64,000 nt of DNA from Thermodesulfobacteriota bacterium. GTDB taxonomy: Bacteria; Desulfobacterota; Desulfobacteria; Desulfobacterales; B30-G6. Location: contig JBDLJD010000002.1 of the NCBI GenBank assembly GCA_039714495.1, forward strand, positions 268-64,267, given 5' to 3'. The translations under genes and the position numbers were made by a program. Shown in pieces: positions 1 to 7,895 of the stretch (position 1 is the first letter of the stretch; the number at the start of each line of letters is the position of its first letter). The notes under the pieces were generated by a model. The model did no database searches. It was not told where the DNA came from and saw nothing but the letters and a program-made list of their open reading frames with translations.

Positions 1-283
1 GCTGCAGAAGAAAGTGATGTGCGTCTGTGAAATACAGAAGGCAGTGGGTACAGCCCAGTCGACAGCAAGCAAACACCTGAAAATTTTGGAGGAGGCCGGC
101 CTGATAACATCTTACAAAGACGGGTTGTGGGTGAATTACACCCTGGCTGATGGGCGTCAGAGCCCCTATGCCGCCAGCCTTATCGGCAATATGACGCACT
201 GGCTCGACGATGATAAGGAGATTTCAGACATTCTCGGCAGGCTCAATCAGATTGATCGGTTTGATATTGTCGGGAAGAGCTAA
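1..283 (+). CDS. ArsR/SmtB-family transcriptional regulator (5' end outside window)
   Basis: The frame is open from nt 2. The sequence CVCEIQKAVGTAQSTASKHLKILEEAGLI is a typical ArsR winged HTH with a CVC metal site. Stop TAA is at 281-283. Confidence 0.85.
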   Translation, partial: LQKKVMCVCEIQKAVGTAQSTASKHLKILEEAGLITSYKDGLWVNYTLADGRQSPYAASLIGNMTHWLDDDKEISDILGRLNQIDRFDIVGKS

Positions 284-343
284 TATATTTATATATAGCG
301 ATATATAAAATTCATAACGCTCACTTTAGGAAGGAATAAGTAG

Positions 344-1747
344 GTGGAATCAGCGGTTACAACTATGGACAGCACAATCGAAGGCGCAAACAGGACCGGT
401 CAGGCCCGCAATACGATCGCAGCGGAATCTGCAGCACAACCCAGCCTAGTGGATTGGAAAAGCATCGCCAAGCCCTTGAGTGCTGTTGCCGGGTTGTTCC
501 TGCTCTTTTTTTTCCTGCCTATGGACAGCACCCGGTTCACCGGGGCGGTGATCGAATCCCTGGCCCTGGCCAAATGGTATGCCCGGGAGCATGTACTTCT
601 CTGCCTGGTGCCCGCCTTTTTTATTGCCGGCGCCATGTCGGTATTCATTTCCCAGGCAGCGGTGATGAAGTACCTGGGGGCCGGCGCCATGAAGATCCTT
701 TCCTACGGTGTTGCTTCTGTTTCAGGATCCATACTGGCGGTCTGCTCATGCACGGTGCTGCCCTTGTTTGCCGGAATCTGGCAGCGCGGGGCCGGTCTCG
801 GACCGGCCATGGCCTTCCTCTACTCCGGCCCGGCGGTGAATGTGCTGGCCGTTATCCTGACGGCCCGTATACTGGGCCCTGAAATCGGTGCTGCCCGGGC
901 AATAGGAGCGGTGATATTCAGCATCGTGATCGGGATGATCATGTCTTGGATCTACCGCAAGGAGGAGCAATCCAAAGCAGCCGGCGCTATTTATATGCCC
1001 GACCCTGAAGTGGAAAGACCTCTGTGGCAGAACGTCCTGTACTTTTCCACCATGATTCTGATTCTGGTGTCCGCCACCTGGAGTGGATCTGCGGAAAGCG
1101 GTTTCTGGCACATGATCCATGGGGTCAAGTGGTATCTGTGCGGCCTGTTCAGCCTGATGCTGGGAGCCATGCTGGTTTTCTGGATGAAGGTAAAGGCGTA
1201 CAAGGTGGTGGTCAGCGGGGTCGTCATCCTTGTATTGGCGTTGGCCCTGCCCGGAAAGCCGTTGATTGCCTTTTCCGCCGGAATCATAGCCCTTTCCGTG
1301 CTTTTGACCTCTACCAGGGGTGAAGCCGAATCCTGGTTCCTGGCCACATGGGATTTTTCCAAACAGATTCTGCCTCTGCTGTTGGCCGGGGTTCTGGTGG
1401 CCGGCCTTCTACTGGGCCGGCCGGGGTCTGAAGGGCTGATTCCCTCGGAATGGGTGGCCCGCCTGGTGGGCGGCAATTCCCTGTGGGCTAATTTTTTTGC
1501 TTCCCTGGTGGGTGCGTTCATGTACTTTGCGACCCTCACCGAGGTCCCCATTCTCCAGGGGCTGATTGGCGCCGGTATGGGCAAGGGACCGGCCCTGGCC
1601 CTGCTGCTGGCCGGACCTGCCTTGAGCCTGCCCAACATGCTGGTGATCCGGAATGTGATTGGAACCCGTAAAACAATCGTTTTTGTAGGCCTGGTGGTGG
1701 TCATGTCAACAGCCAGTGGTTTGATTTTTGGTTTTTTATTCAACTAA
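344..1747 (+). CDS. Polytopic membrane permease (UPF0718/ArsP-like family)
   Basis: 467-aa highly hydrophobic ORF. A GTG start lies about 8 nt after AGGAAGGA. The AVCSCTVLPLFAG motif is typical of this permease family. The gene sits directly downstream of arsR. Confidence 0.75.
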   Translation: MESAVTTMDSTIEGANRTGQARNTIAAESAAQPSLVDWKSIAKPLSAVAGLFLLFFFLPMDSTRFTGAVIESLALAKWYAREHVLLCLVPAFFIAGAMSVFISQAAVMKYLGAGAMKILSYGVASVSGSILAVCSCTVLPLFAGIWQRGAGLGPAMAFLYSGPAVNVLAVILTARILGPEIGAARAIGAVIFSIVIGMIMSWIYRKEEQSKAAGAIYMPDPEVERPLWQNVLYFSTMILILVSATWSGSAESGFWHMIHGVKWYLCGLFSLMLGAMLVFWMKVKAYKVVVSGVVILVLALALPGKPLIAFSAGIIALSVLLTSTRGEAESWFLATWDFSKQILPLLLAGVLVAGLLLGRPGSEGLIPSEWVARLVGGNSLWANFFASLVGAFMYFATLTEVPILQGLIGAGMGKGPALALLLAGPALSLPNMLVIRNVIGTRKTIVFVGLVVVMSTASGLIFGFLFN

Positions 1748-1796
1748 CCATTTTGAAAATTATGTAACGGGCACCTTAGATCAAAAGGAGTTATCG

Positions 1797-2036
1797 ATGG
1801 ACATCAAAGTTCTGGGGCCTGGTTGCCCCAAATGTGAGCAGACCGAAAAAAATGTACGGCAGGCCGTTGCAGAAGCAGGTGTGGATGCATCGGTCGAAAA
1901 AATAACCGATACGATGGAGATCGCGGGCTACGGGGTATTTGGTACGCCGGCCGTGGTGGTGGATGGTGAAGTGAAAAGCGTCGGCAAGATACCGCAGCCC
2001 GAAGAGATCCAGCAGTGGATCCAATCAGCAATGTAA
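1797..2036 (+). CDS. Small thioredoxin-fold redox-active disulfide protein (CPKC motif)
   Basis: ATG at 1797 is preceded by AAAAGGAG. The 79-aa product MDIKVLGPGCPKCEQ...GTPAVVVDGE matches the thioredoxin_3-type family usually found beside arsR and this permease. Confidence 0.85.
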   Translation: MDIKVLGPGCPKCEQTEKNVRQAVAEAGVDASVEKITDTMEIAGYGVFGTPAVVVDGEVKSVGKIPQPEEIQQWIQSAM

Positions 2037-2216
2037 CCCTATGCAAGGCAATCAGGATACCGGATAAAATTTGTTATCAATGATAATTTGATGAACATCA
2101 TGCAAACCAGTGATTGGTGTGGATTCAGGCAATTTTCTAACTTGTGTAATGTCAATCCAGCGGGTTATAAGGATAATAGTTCTCTGTGACACATCAAAAT
2201 TCATGCAGGATTAGGT

Positions 2217-3131
2217 ATGAAAAAAACAAAGAAGATTATTGTATTGGTGGTGTTGTCCCTGGCATGTTTTGCCGCCGCCTTTGGAATGTTGGACAAAAGC
2301 ATCGGCTTTTTCGGCATGCAGCACGTGGGGGATGCCAATGATGCCTATCTGCAGGATGCGTTCGACCGCAGTCTGGCCGGTTTTCTAGTCCTTTCCGGGA
2401 TCAAGAGCGGCCTGGCCGTAATCGAAGGGTCAGAGGTGGGCATCGGGTTCAATCTGGAAATCGGCGACATCGTGCAATCGGTTTACGACTATGTGGACAT
2501 CGCCTGGAAGACCGCCCTGGCAGGCGGAACGATCCTCCTCATTACCCGGCTCTCCCTGGAAGCAATCACCACCATCGACCACTGGGCCCTTACGGCGATG
2601 TTCCTGGTGATGGTGGTTTTTCTTGTTTTAGAATGGTTTTTCACCGCCTATACCCGGCTGGCCAATGTGTTTCGGGAAGCCGTGCTTTTTCTGCTGGTGA
2701 TGACCCTGACGCTTTACTATATCCTGCCGCTGGGCATCACCGCTGCATCGTTTGTGTCCAAGAAAATCACCGCTCCCCTGATTCAGTCCTCCCAGGAGGG
2801 ATTTGAGAAGATCAACCAGGAATTTTCACCGGCGCACATCAATAATCAGCTTTTTGCGGAGGACGCCGATGCAGATGATTCCATTTTTTCAGCATTGGAT
2901 TTTACAGCCAAGTATGAAATGACCCGCGAACGGATCCGGCAGATCGGCAAATACTTCAAAGATAAAACAACCCTCATGGCCACCCTGACCATCCAACTGG
3001 TGGCAGGTTACCTGTTCGACTGCATCATCTTTCCGTTGACCTTTTTTGTGATATTGTATGTGCTGACCAAAAGCCTGGTGGCTTTTTTGATCAGATCCGT
3101 TAATTACCCCCCCACCGTTACAAAAGTCTGA
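2217..3131 (+). CDS. Hypothetical membrane protein
   Basis: 304-aa ORF with an N-terminal signal/anchor and several hydrophobic helices. No family was recognised. Confidence 0.6.
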   Translation: MKKTKKIIVLVVLSLACFAAAFGMLDKSIGFFGMQHVGDANDAYLQDAFDRSLAGFLVLSGIKSGLAVIEGSEVGIGFNLEIGDIVQSVYDYVDIAWKTALAGGTILLITRLSLEAITTIDHWALTAMFLVMVVFLVLEWFFTAYTRLANVFREAVLFLLVMTLTLYYILPLGITAASFVSKKITAPLIQSSQEGFEKINQEFSPAHINNQLFAEDADADDSIFSALDFTAKYEMTRERIRQIGKYFKDKTTLMATLTIQLVAGYLFDCIIFPLTFFVILYVLTKSLVAFLIRSVNYPPTVTKV

Positions 3132-3213
3132 GGGCTTCAGAGTCAAAGCGTCAAGGGTGAAGTCGTAGTGGTTTACTTCGAGCCCTTGAGAACACAGAAT
3201 CTGAAGTCCTCAG
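3128..3213. repeat. Nested hairpin element, copy 1 (conserved core inside a 14-bp outer stem)
   Basis: The outer stem pairs CTGAGGGCTTCAGA (3128-3141) with TCTGAAGTCCTCAG (3200-3213). The core AAGGGTGAAGTCGTAGTGGTTTACTTCGAGCCCTT (3151-3189) is nearly identical to 44610-44650. Confidence 0.8.
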
Positions 3214-3336
3214 GCTTTCCCGAGGGGGAAACAACATGACAAAATAGACATTGTCTTTGGAATACACCTGTGGAATTATCCAGGAATTACGCTTTCGCTA
3301 TGACATTTGATATTAGTACGAAATTTTACCTAATCT

Positions 3337-3357
3337 TTACCATGTTGTTTATGTAAC
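3337..3357 (+). promoter_or_regulatory. Dispersed motif B copy 1 (TTACCATGTTGTTTATGTAAC)
   Basis: This 21-mer recurs at 16488-16508 and 42184-42204 with 19-20/21 identity between copies. This copy lies 28 nt upstream of the 3385 start codon. Confidence 0.6.
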
Positions 3358-3384
3358 ACGGGGGTATGAGAGGAGGCCCACAGT

Positions 3385-4173
3385 ATGAGAAGCCATGAAG
3401 TCGATTATGAAATCATCGGGGACGACATCCAGATCGTGGAAATCGAACTCGACCCGGGCGAGACGGTCATTGCCGAGGCCGGGGCCATGAACTACATGGA
3501 AGACGGCATTGCATTTGAAGCCAAAATGGGTGACGGTTCCCAGCCGGAATCCGGCTTTTTCGGCAAGCTTATGAACGCCGGCCAGCGGGCTTTGACCGGC
3601 GAATCCATATTTTTAACCCACTTTACCAATCAGGGCGCCGGGAAGAAGCGGGTCGCCTTTGCCGCTCCTTACCCCGGCAAGATCATCCCCATCGATATGA
3701 CCAAAGTCAACGGGGAACTGATGTGCCAGAAGGATGCTTTTTTGTGCGCGGCATTGGGCACAGAGATAGGGATTGCGTTCAACAAACGCCTGGGAACAGG
3801 GTTCTTTGGCGGGGAAGGTTTTATTATGCAACGCCTGCAAGGGGACGGCAGAGCGTTTGTCCATGCCGGCGGTACGGTGATCAAAAAAAAGCTCAGCAAC
3901 GAAACCCTGCGGGTGGACACTGGCTGCCTGGTGGCTTTCACTGCAGGCATCGATTATGACATCCAGCGTGCAGGCAGCCTTAAATCGATGTTTTTTGGTG
4001 GGGAGGGGCTGTTTCTGGCCACCCTAAGGGGCACTGGCATCGTCCTGCTCCAGAGTCTGCCGTTTTCGCGCATGGCCGACCGCATCCTGCAGCATGCACC
4101 CCGGGCAGGGGGTAGTCAGAAAGGTGAGGGTTCTGTGCTGGGAGGAATCGGAAGGCTGCTCGATGGGAACTAA
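3385..4173 (+). CDS. AIM24/DUF124 (TIGR00266) family protein
   Basis: 262 aa. The sequence [35 protein letters not shown] is characteristic of the family. RBS GAGGAGG is present. Confidence 0.8.
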   Translation: MRSHEVDYEIIGDDIQIVEIELDPGETVIAEAGAMNYMEDGIAFEAKMGDGSQPESGFFGKLMNAGQRALTGESIFLTHFTNQGAGKKRVAFAAPYPGKIIPIDMTKVNGELMCQKDAFLCAALGTEIGIAFNKRLGTGFFGGEGFIMQRLQGDGRAFVHAGGTVIKKKLSNETLRVDTGCLVAFTAGIDYDIQRAGSLKSMFFGGEGLFLATLRGTGIVLLQSLPFSRMADRILQHAPRAGGSQKGEGSVLGGIGRLLDGN

Positions 4174-4332
4174 AGCAGCGAACCACAAAGGCACAAAGGG
4201 CACAAAGATTATGATTGTAAATATTTTTTCGTGTTTTCATTTTTTCGTGCTTTCGCGATAATCTTTATGATAATTTCGTAAAGCGACGCTTTGACTATTT
4301 CAAAGATCGGGGAGTTTTAACATAAAACAGGT

Positions 4333-4407
4333 GTCATTCCTGCGCAGGCAGGAATCCAGAAATCGTCGGGCCGAAAGCCTTGGGTGCCCGCCTGCGTGGG
4401 CATGACG
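4333..4407. repeat. REP-like hairpin cluster (GTCATTCCTGCGCAGGCAGGAATCCAG and others)
   Basis: Two GC-rich stem-loops are present. An inverted near-identical copy (20/21) lies at 5260-5280 on the other side of the racemase gene. Confidence 0.7.
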
Positions 4408-4467
4408 TAAAATACACTCCGATGCCTGAACTATTGTGAAATCAAGTTTATAGGGAAGGAAGTTATT

Positions 4468-5163
4468 GTGAAAACCATCGGCATGATCGGCGGCATGAGC
4501 TGGGAATCGACGCTTGAATACTACCGCATCGTCAACCAGGAGGTGAAGGCCAGGCTGGGCGGCCTGCACTCGGCCAAGTGCCTGCTCTACTCGGTTGACT
4601 TCGAGGAAATCGAAAAGTTGCAACATGAAAGCCGTTGGGAAGAGGCAGGAGAGGTGTTGAGCCGTGTTGCGCAAGACCTGGAAAGGGGAGGAGCGGACTT
4701 CATCCTCATCTGCACCAATACCATGCACAAGGTCGCCGCGGAGGTCGAAGAGAGCGTTGCCATTCCTTTGCTGAATATTGCCGATGCCACGGCCGAGAAG
4801 ATCAAAGCCGCCGGCGTGCAGAAAATTGCCCTCTTGGGCACGCGCTTTACCATGGAAGAGAATTTCTACAAGGGGCGGCTTGTGGACATTTTCGGGCTGG
4901 ATGTGCTGGTCCCGAGTGAACCGGAAATGGAAGTCATTCACCGGGTGATCTACGAAGAACTCTGCCTGGGTAAGATTGACAGCAATTCGCGAAGAAAATA
5001 TATCGATGTCATCGATCGTTTGGTTGGTGAGGGAGCGGAAGGCGTCATACTGGGTTGCACGGAGATCGGCCTCCTGGTGAAACAGGAGGATACCGATGTC
5101 CCCCTTTTCGACACTACTGAAATTCATGCCCGGGCGGCGGTTGAGTATGCGCTCACGCCTTAG
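4468..5163 (+). CDS. Aspartate/glutamate racemase family protein
   Basis: 231 aa with a GTG start. IGMIGGMSWEST, ICTNTMH and GCTEIGLL are the conserved Asp/Glu racemase motifs with the two catalytic Cys. Confidence 0.85.
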   Translation: MKTIGMIGGMSWESTLEYYRIVNQEVKARLGGLHSAKCLLYSVDFEEIEKLQHESRWEEAGEVLSRVAQDLERGGADFILICTNTMHKVAAEVEESVAIPLLNIADATAEKIKAAGVQKIALLGTRFTMEENFYKGRLVDIFGLDVLVPSEPEMEVIHRVIYEELCLGKIDSNSRRKYIDVIDRLVGEGAEGVILGCTEIGLLVKQEDTDVPLFDTTEIHARAAVEYALTP

Positions 5164-5195
5164 TTGCATGTCCTACAAATAAGCTAAAAGCTCTC

Positions 5196-5280
5196 GTCAC
5201 TCCCGTGAAGACGGGAGTCCAGGATAATCTCCTGGATAGCGCAAAAGCTTCACTTCGTGTCCTGCCTTCGCAGGAATGAC
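5196..5280. repeat. REP-like hairpin cluster (GTCACTCCCGTGAAGACGGGAGTCCAGG; TCCTGCCTTCGCAGGAATGAC)
   Basis: Same hairpin family as 4333-4407, with the second unit in inverted orientation. Confidence 0.7.
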
Positions 5281-5341
5281 AGATGACTAGCAACCCGTAA
5301 TTTAGTCCCCATAATTAATGGTAGAACTACGATACGAACCT

Positions 5342-5593
5342 CTATTGTTGCGTGCCCACGATTTCCCCGCCACAATGTTCACACCGCTTTATCTTTTCGC
5401 TTTGAACCATCCCGCAACGGGTGCACACGGTTCCCTGGATGGGCAGCCGCACGTCATTGGTATCCACAAAGATGCGCTGCAACCCTTCATCATATAAAAA
5501 TCCAATGCGACACTCCGGGCATTTTTGCCTCCCGGGCCTGGGTTCCACCAGGCCGCTGCAAAACGGGCATTCTATGAATTCTTTCTGAGGCAT
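5342..5593 (-). CDS. Small zinc-ribbon protein (hypothetical)
   Basis: 83 aa with four CxxC pairs (CPFC, CPEC, CTRC, CEHC). No family was recognised. Confidence 0.5.
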   Translation of the reverse strand: MPQKEFIECPFCSGLVEPRPGRQKCPECRIGFLYDEGLQRIFVDTNDVRLPIQGTVCTRCGMVQSEKIKRCEHCGGEIVGTQQ

Positions 5594-5771
5594 GGTGTAT
5601 CTTTATACCGGTTGTCATCCATTTACACAAACAGTCTTTACATCTCCTATAAATCATTCTATAAATTTCCACCTCCGGCACTGGTAAAAAAACGCCTGTG
5701 ACGAGGTGGCGGTGCATGTTTGCCGCTTCATTATGGTGGATATATAAACCTATGAAATATGTTGAGTTCAT

Positions 5772-5797
5772 ACCATTCTTAAAATTTGAAACGCTCA
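5772..5797 (+). promoter_or_regulatory. Dispersed motif A copy 1 (ACCATTCTTAAAATTTGAAACGCTCA)
   Basis: This 26-mer recurs at 11079-11104 and 29711-29736 with 24-25/26 identity between copies (23 positions invariant). All copies have the same orientation as the downstream gene. A partial copy lies at 5654-5670. Confidence 0.65.
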
Positions 5798-5827
5798 GTT
5801 TAAGATAATTTCTCAAGTGAGGGTAAT

Positions 5828-7792
5828 ATGAAAAACAAAGGATACATGGGCAAGGTACTGCATGTTGATTTGACGGCCAATGAATTAACGGAAGAGACCC
5901 TGCCCGACAGTGTGTATGAAAAATACCTGGGCGGGATGGGACTGGGCGCCTATGTAATGCACGAGAAAATCCCGGCCGGTGCCGACCCCCTGGGACCTGA
6001 CAATATCCTAGGGTTTCTCCCGGGGCTTTTGACCGGGACCGGCAGTTTTTTTACCGGCCGCTGGACCGTGGTGGGTAAATCCCCGTTGACGGGCGGATGG
6101 GGGGACGCCAACTGCGGCGGGACCTTTTCGCCGGCCATTAAACGCTGTGGGTATGACGGGATATTTATCAGCGGCATCAGCGAAAAACCGGTCTACCTCT
6201 ATGTGGACGATAACGTCAGAGAGTTGCGGGATGCATCCGATGTATGGGGCATGGATGCCGTGGAGACCGAAGAATATCTCGGAAAAAAAGACGGGAAAAA
6301 GGGCAAGCAACCCAAGGTGGCCTGCATCGGGCCGGCTGGTGAATCCATCTCCCTGATATCTGGAATTTCCACAGACAAGGGCCGCATGGCCGCCCGTTCG
6401 GGACTCGGGGCGGTGATGGGGGCCAAACGGTTGAAGGCGGTGGTTTTGGCCGGGACCAAGCGCATTGTACCCCATGACCGGGAGGAGATCAAAAAGCTCA
6501 GCCAGGCCTGCAACAAGTGGGTTCAGTTTCAGCCGCCGTTTGTCTCCGGTCCCATGACCGCCTTTGTGGGGGCCCTCCTGCGGCTTCTGCCCACGGTCAC
6601 GGCCATGGACGGCATGCTCTATAAAATCATGCTGAAAAAGTGGGGCACGGTGGCCATGAACCAGATGTCGCCCGAGATGGGCGATTCACCCCTTAAAAAC
6701 TGGAAGGGCAGCATCAAGGACTGGGGGATCCGTAAAAGCTACTCGTCCAACCCGGATGTGTTCACCGACTGTGAAAAGGTCAAGTATCACTGCTATTCAT
6801 GTCCTTTGGGGTGCGGCGGCATCTGCACCACCGAGGGGAAATACAGTGAAACCCACAAACCGGAATATGAAACGGTTCTTTCCCTGGGCGGGTTCTGCAT
6901 GAATGAAGATGTGGATGCCATCTTTTACCTGAACGAAGTGCTGAACCGGGCAGGTATGGATACCATTTCAGCCGGCCATGCCATCGCTTTTGCCATGGAG
7001 TGCTATGAGGAGGGGGTGATCACCAAAGAAGACACCGACGGCCTCGACCTGACCTGGGGCAATTCCGAAGCCATCGTGGAACTCGTGGAGAAAATGGTCA
7101 AGCGCGAAGGCTTTGGTCACGTGCTGGCTGATGGCGTAAAGCAGGCGGTTGAAAGAATCGGGAAGAAAGCCGAGCCGTATGCGGTGCTTGCCGGTGGCCA
7201 GGAGCCGGCCATGCATGACTCCAGAAACGACCCGGGATTTGCCCTGCATTACAGTGTGGAGCCGACACCCGGCCGGCATACCCTTGGTTCGCTCCTTTAC
7301 TATGAAATGTTCCAGCTGTGGAAAGTGGTCAAGGGCATTCCCAAGGCCCCAACCATGTACTGGAAAGGCAGCAAATACAACGACCCGGATAAACTGGCTG
7401 AATTCGGTGCGGTCACCAGCAAGTACATGACCATTGTCAATTCAGTGGGGGGGTGCTTGTTCGGGGCTTTTCTCGGCGCCAAGCGCATCCGGTTTTTCGA
7501 TTGGATGAATGCCGCCACCGGCTGGGATTTCACAGCCAATCAATACATGGATAAAGCTGCGGACATTCACACCCTGAAACAGGCGTTCAATGTCAAGCAC
7601 GGTCTTGAACCCAAGAACATCAAGATCAGTGAACGCGCCCTGGGCCGCCCGGTTCAGAAGGAAGGCGCCAATAAAGGGCGCTCCGTTGAAATCGAAGCCA
7701 TGATGAGCCGCTACTGGGAGCAGTTCGGTTGGGATGGCGATACGGGCAAGCCGTCTGCTGAGCACGTGGAGCGCATTGCGGCAGGGGCCTAA
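5828..7792 (+). CDS. aor: Aldehyde:ferredoxin oxidoreductase (tungsten/molybdopterin AOR family)
   Basis: 654 aa with an AOR N-terminal domain (GKVLHVDLT, GGMGLG, GRxTVVGKSPLTGG) and the Cys-containing AOR C-terminal domains. Confidence 0.9.
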   Translation: MKNKGYMGKVLHVDLTANELTEETLPDSVYEKYLGGMGLGAYVMHEKIPAGADPLGPDNILGFLPGLLTGTGSFFTGRWTVVGKSPLTGGWGDANCGGTFSPAIKRCGYDGIFISGISEKPVYLYVDDNVRELRDASDVWGMDAVETEEYLGKKDGKKGKQPKVACIGPAGESISLISGISTDKGRMAARSGLGAVMGAKRLKAVVLAGTKRIVPHDREEIKKLSQACNKWVQFQPPFVSGPMTAFVGALLRLLPTVTAMDGMLYKIMLKKWGTVAMNQMSPEMGDSPLKNWKGSIKDWGIRKSYSSNPDVFTDCEKVKYHCYSCPLGCGGICTTEGKYSETHKPEYETVLSLGGFCMNEDVDAIFYLNEVLNRAGMDTISAGHAIAFAMECYEEGVITKEDTDGLDLTWGNSEAIVELVEKMVKREGFGHVLADGVKQAVERIGKKAEPYAVLAGGQEPAMHDSRNDPGFALHYSVEPTPGRHTLGSLLYYEMFQLWKVVKGIPKAPTMYWKGSKYNDPDKLAEFGAVTSKYMTIVNSVGGCLFGAFLGAKRIRFFDWMNAATGWDFTANQYMDKAADIHTLKQAFNVKHGLEPKNIKISERALGRPVQKEGANKGRSVEIEAMMSRYWEQFGWDGDTGKPSAEHVERIAAGA

Positions 7793-7795
7793 GGG

Positions 7796-7870
7796 CCGGT
7801 AGGCAGTAGGGAGTAAGGAGTAGGGAGTAGGGAGTAGAGGGTCAGGACTCCAGAGGCAAGGACTTCTTAG
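7796..7870 (+). repeat. Purine-rich short-period repeat (GGAGTAGGGAGTAAGG type) between aor and adh
   Basis: GGTAGGCAGTAGGGAGTAAGGAGTAGGGAGTAGGGAGTAGAGGGTCAGGACTCCAGAGGCAAGGAC. Related words occur at 25400-25430 and 29500-29527. Confidence 0.75.
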
Positions 7871-7895
7871 GTATCGTAGGAGGAAGGGAATAAGC

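Noticed and set aside
3337-3357. Motif B interpreted as a sigma54 promoter
   Set aside because: Neither strand gives GG-N10-GC in the right order. The reverse complement has TTGCAT upstream of TGG, not downstream.
4300-5169. 289-aa minus-strand ORF covering the racemase locus
   Set aside because: It is antisense to a well-supported racemase gene. Its ends are translations of REP-like hairpins (the ...SCLRRNDT... type), and it resembles no family.
5786-5814. Motif A interpreted as a plain sigma70 promoter (TTGAAA as -35)
   Set aside because: A -10-like hexamer at 16-18 nt is found only in the ppiD copy. The other two copies lack one, so the conserved 26-mer must have another or an additional role.
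7796-7870. Short-period repeats as a CRISPR array
   Set aside because: The units are 6-8 nt words without a constant 25-40 nt repeat or unique spacers, and no cas genes are present.
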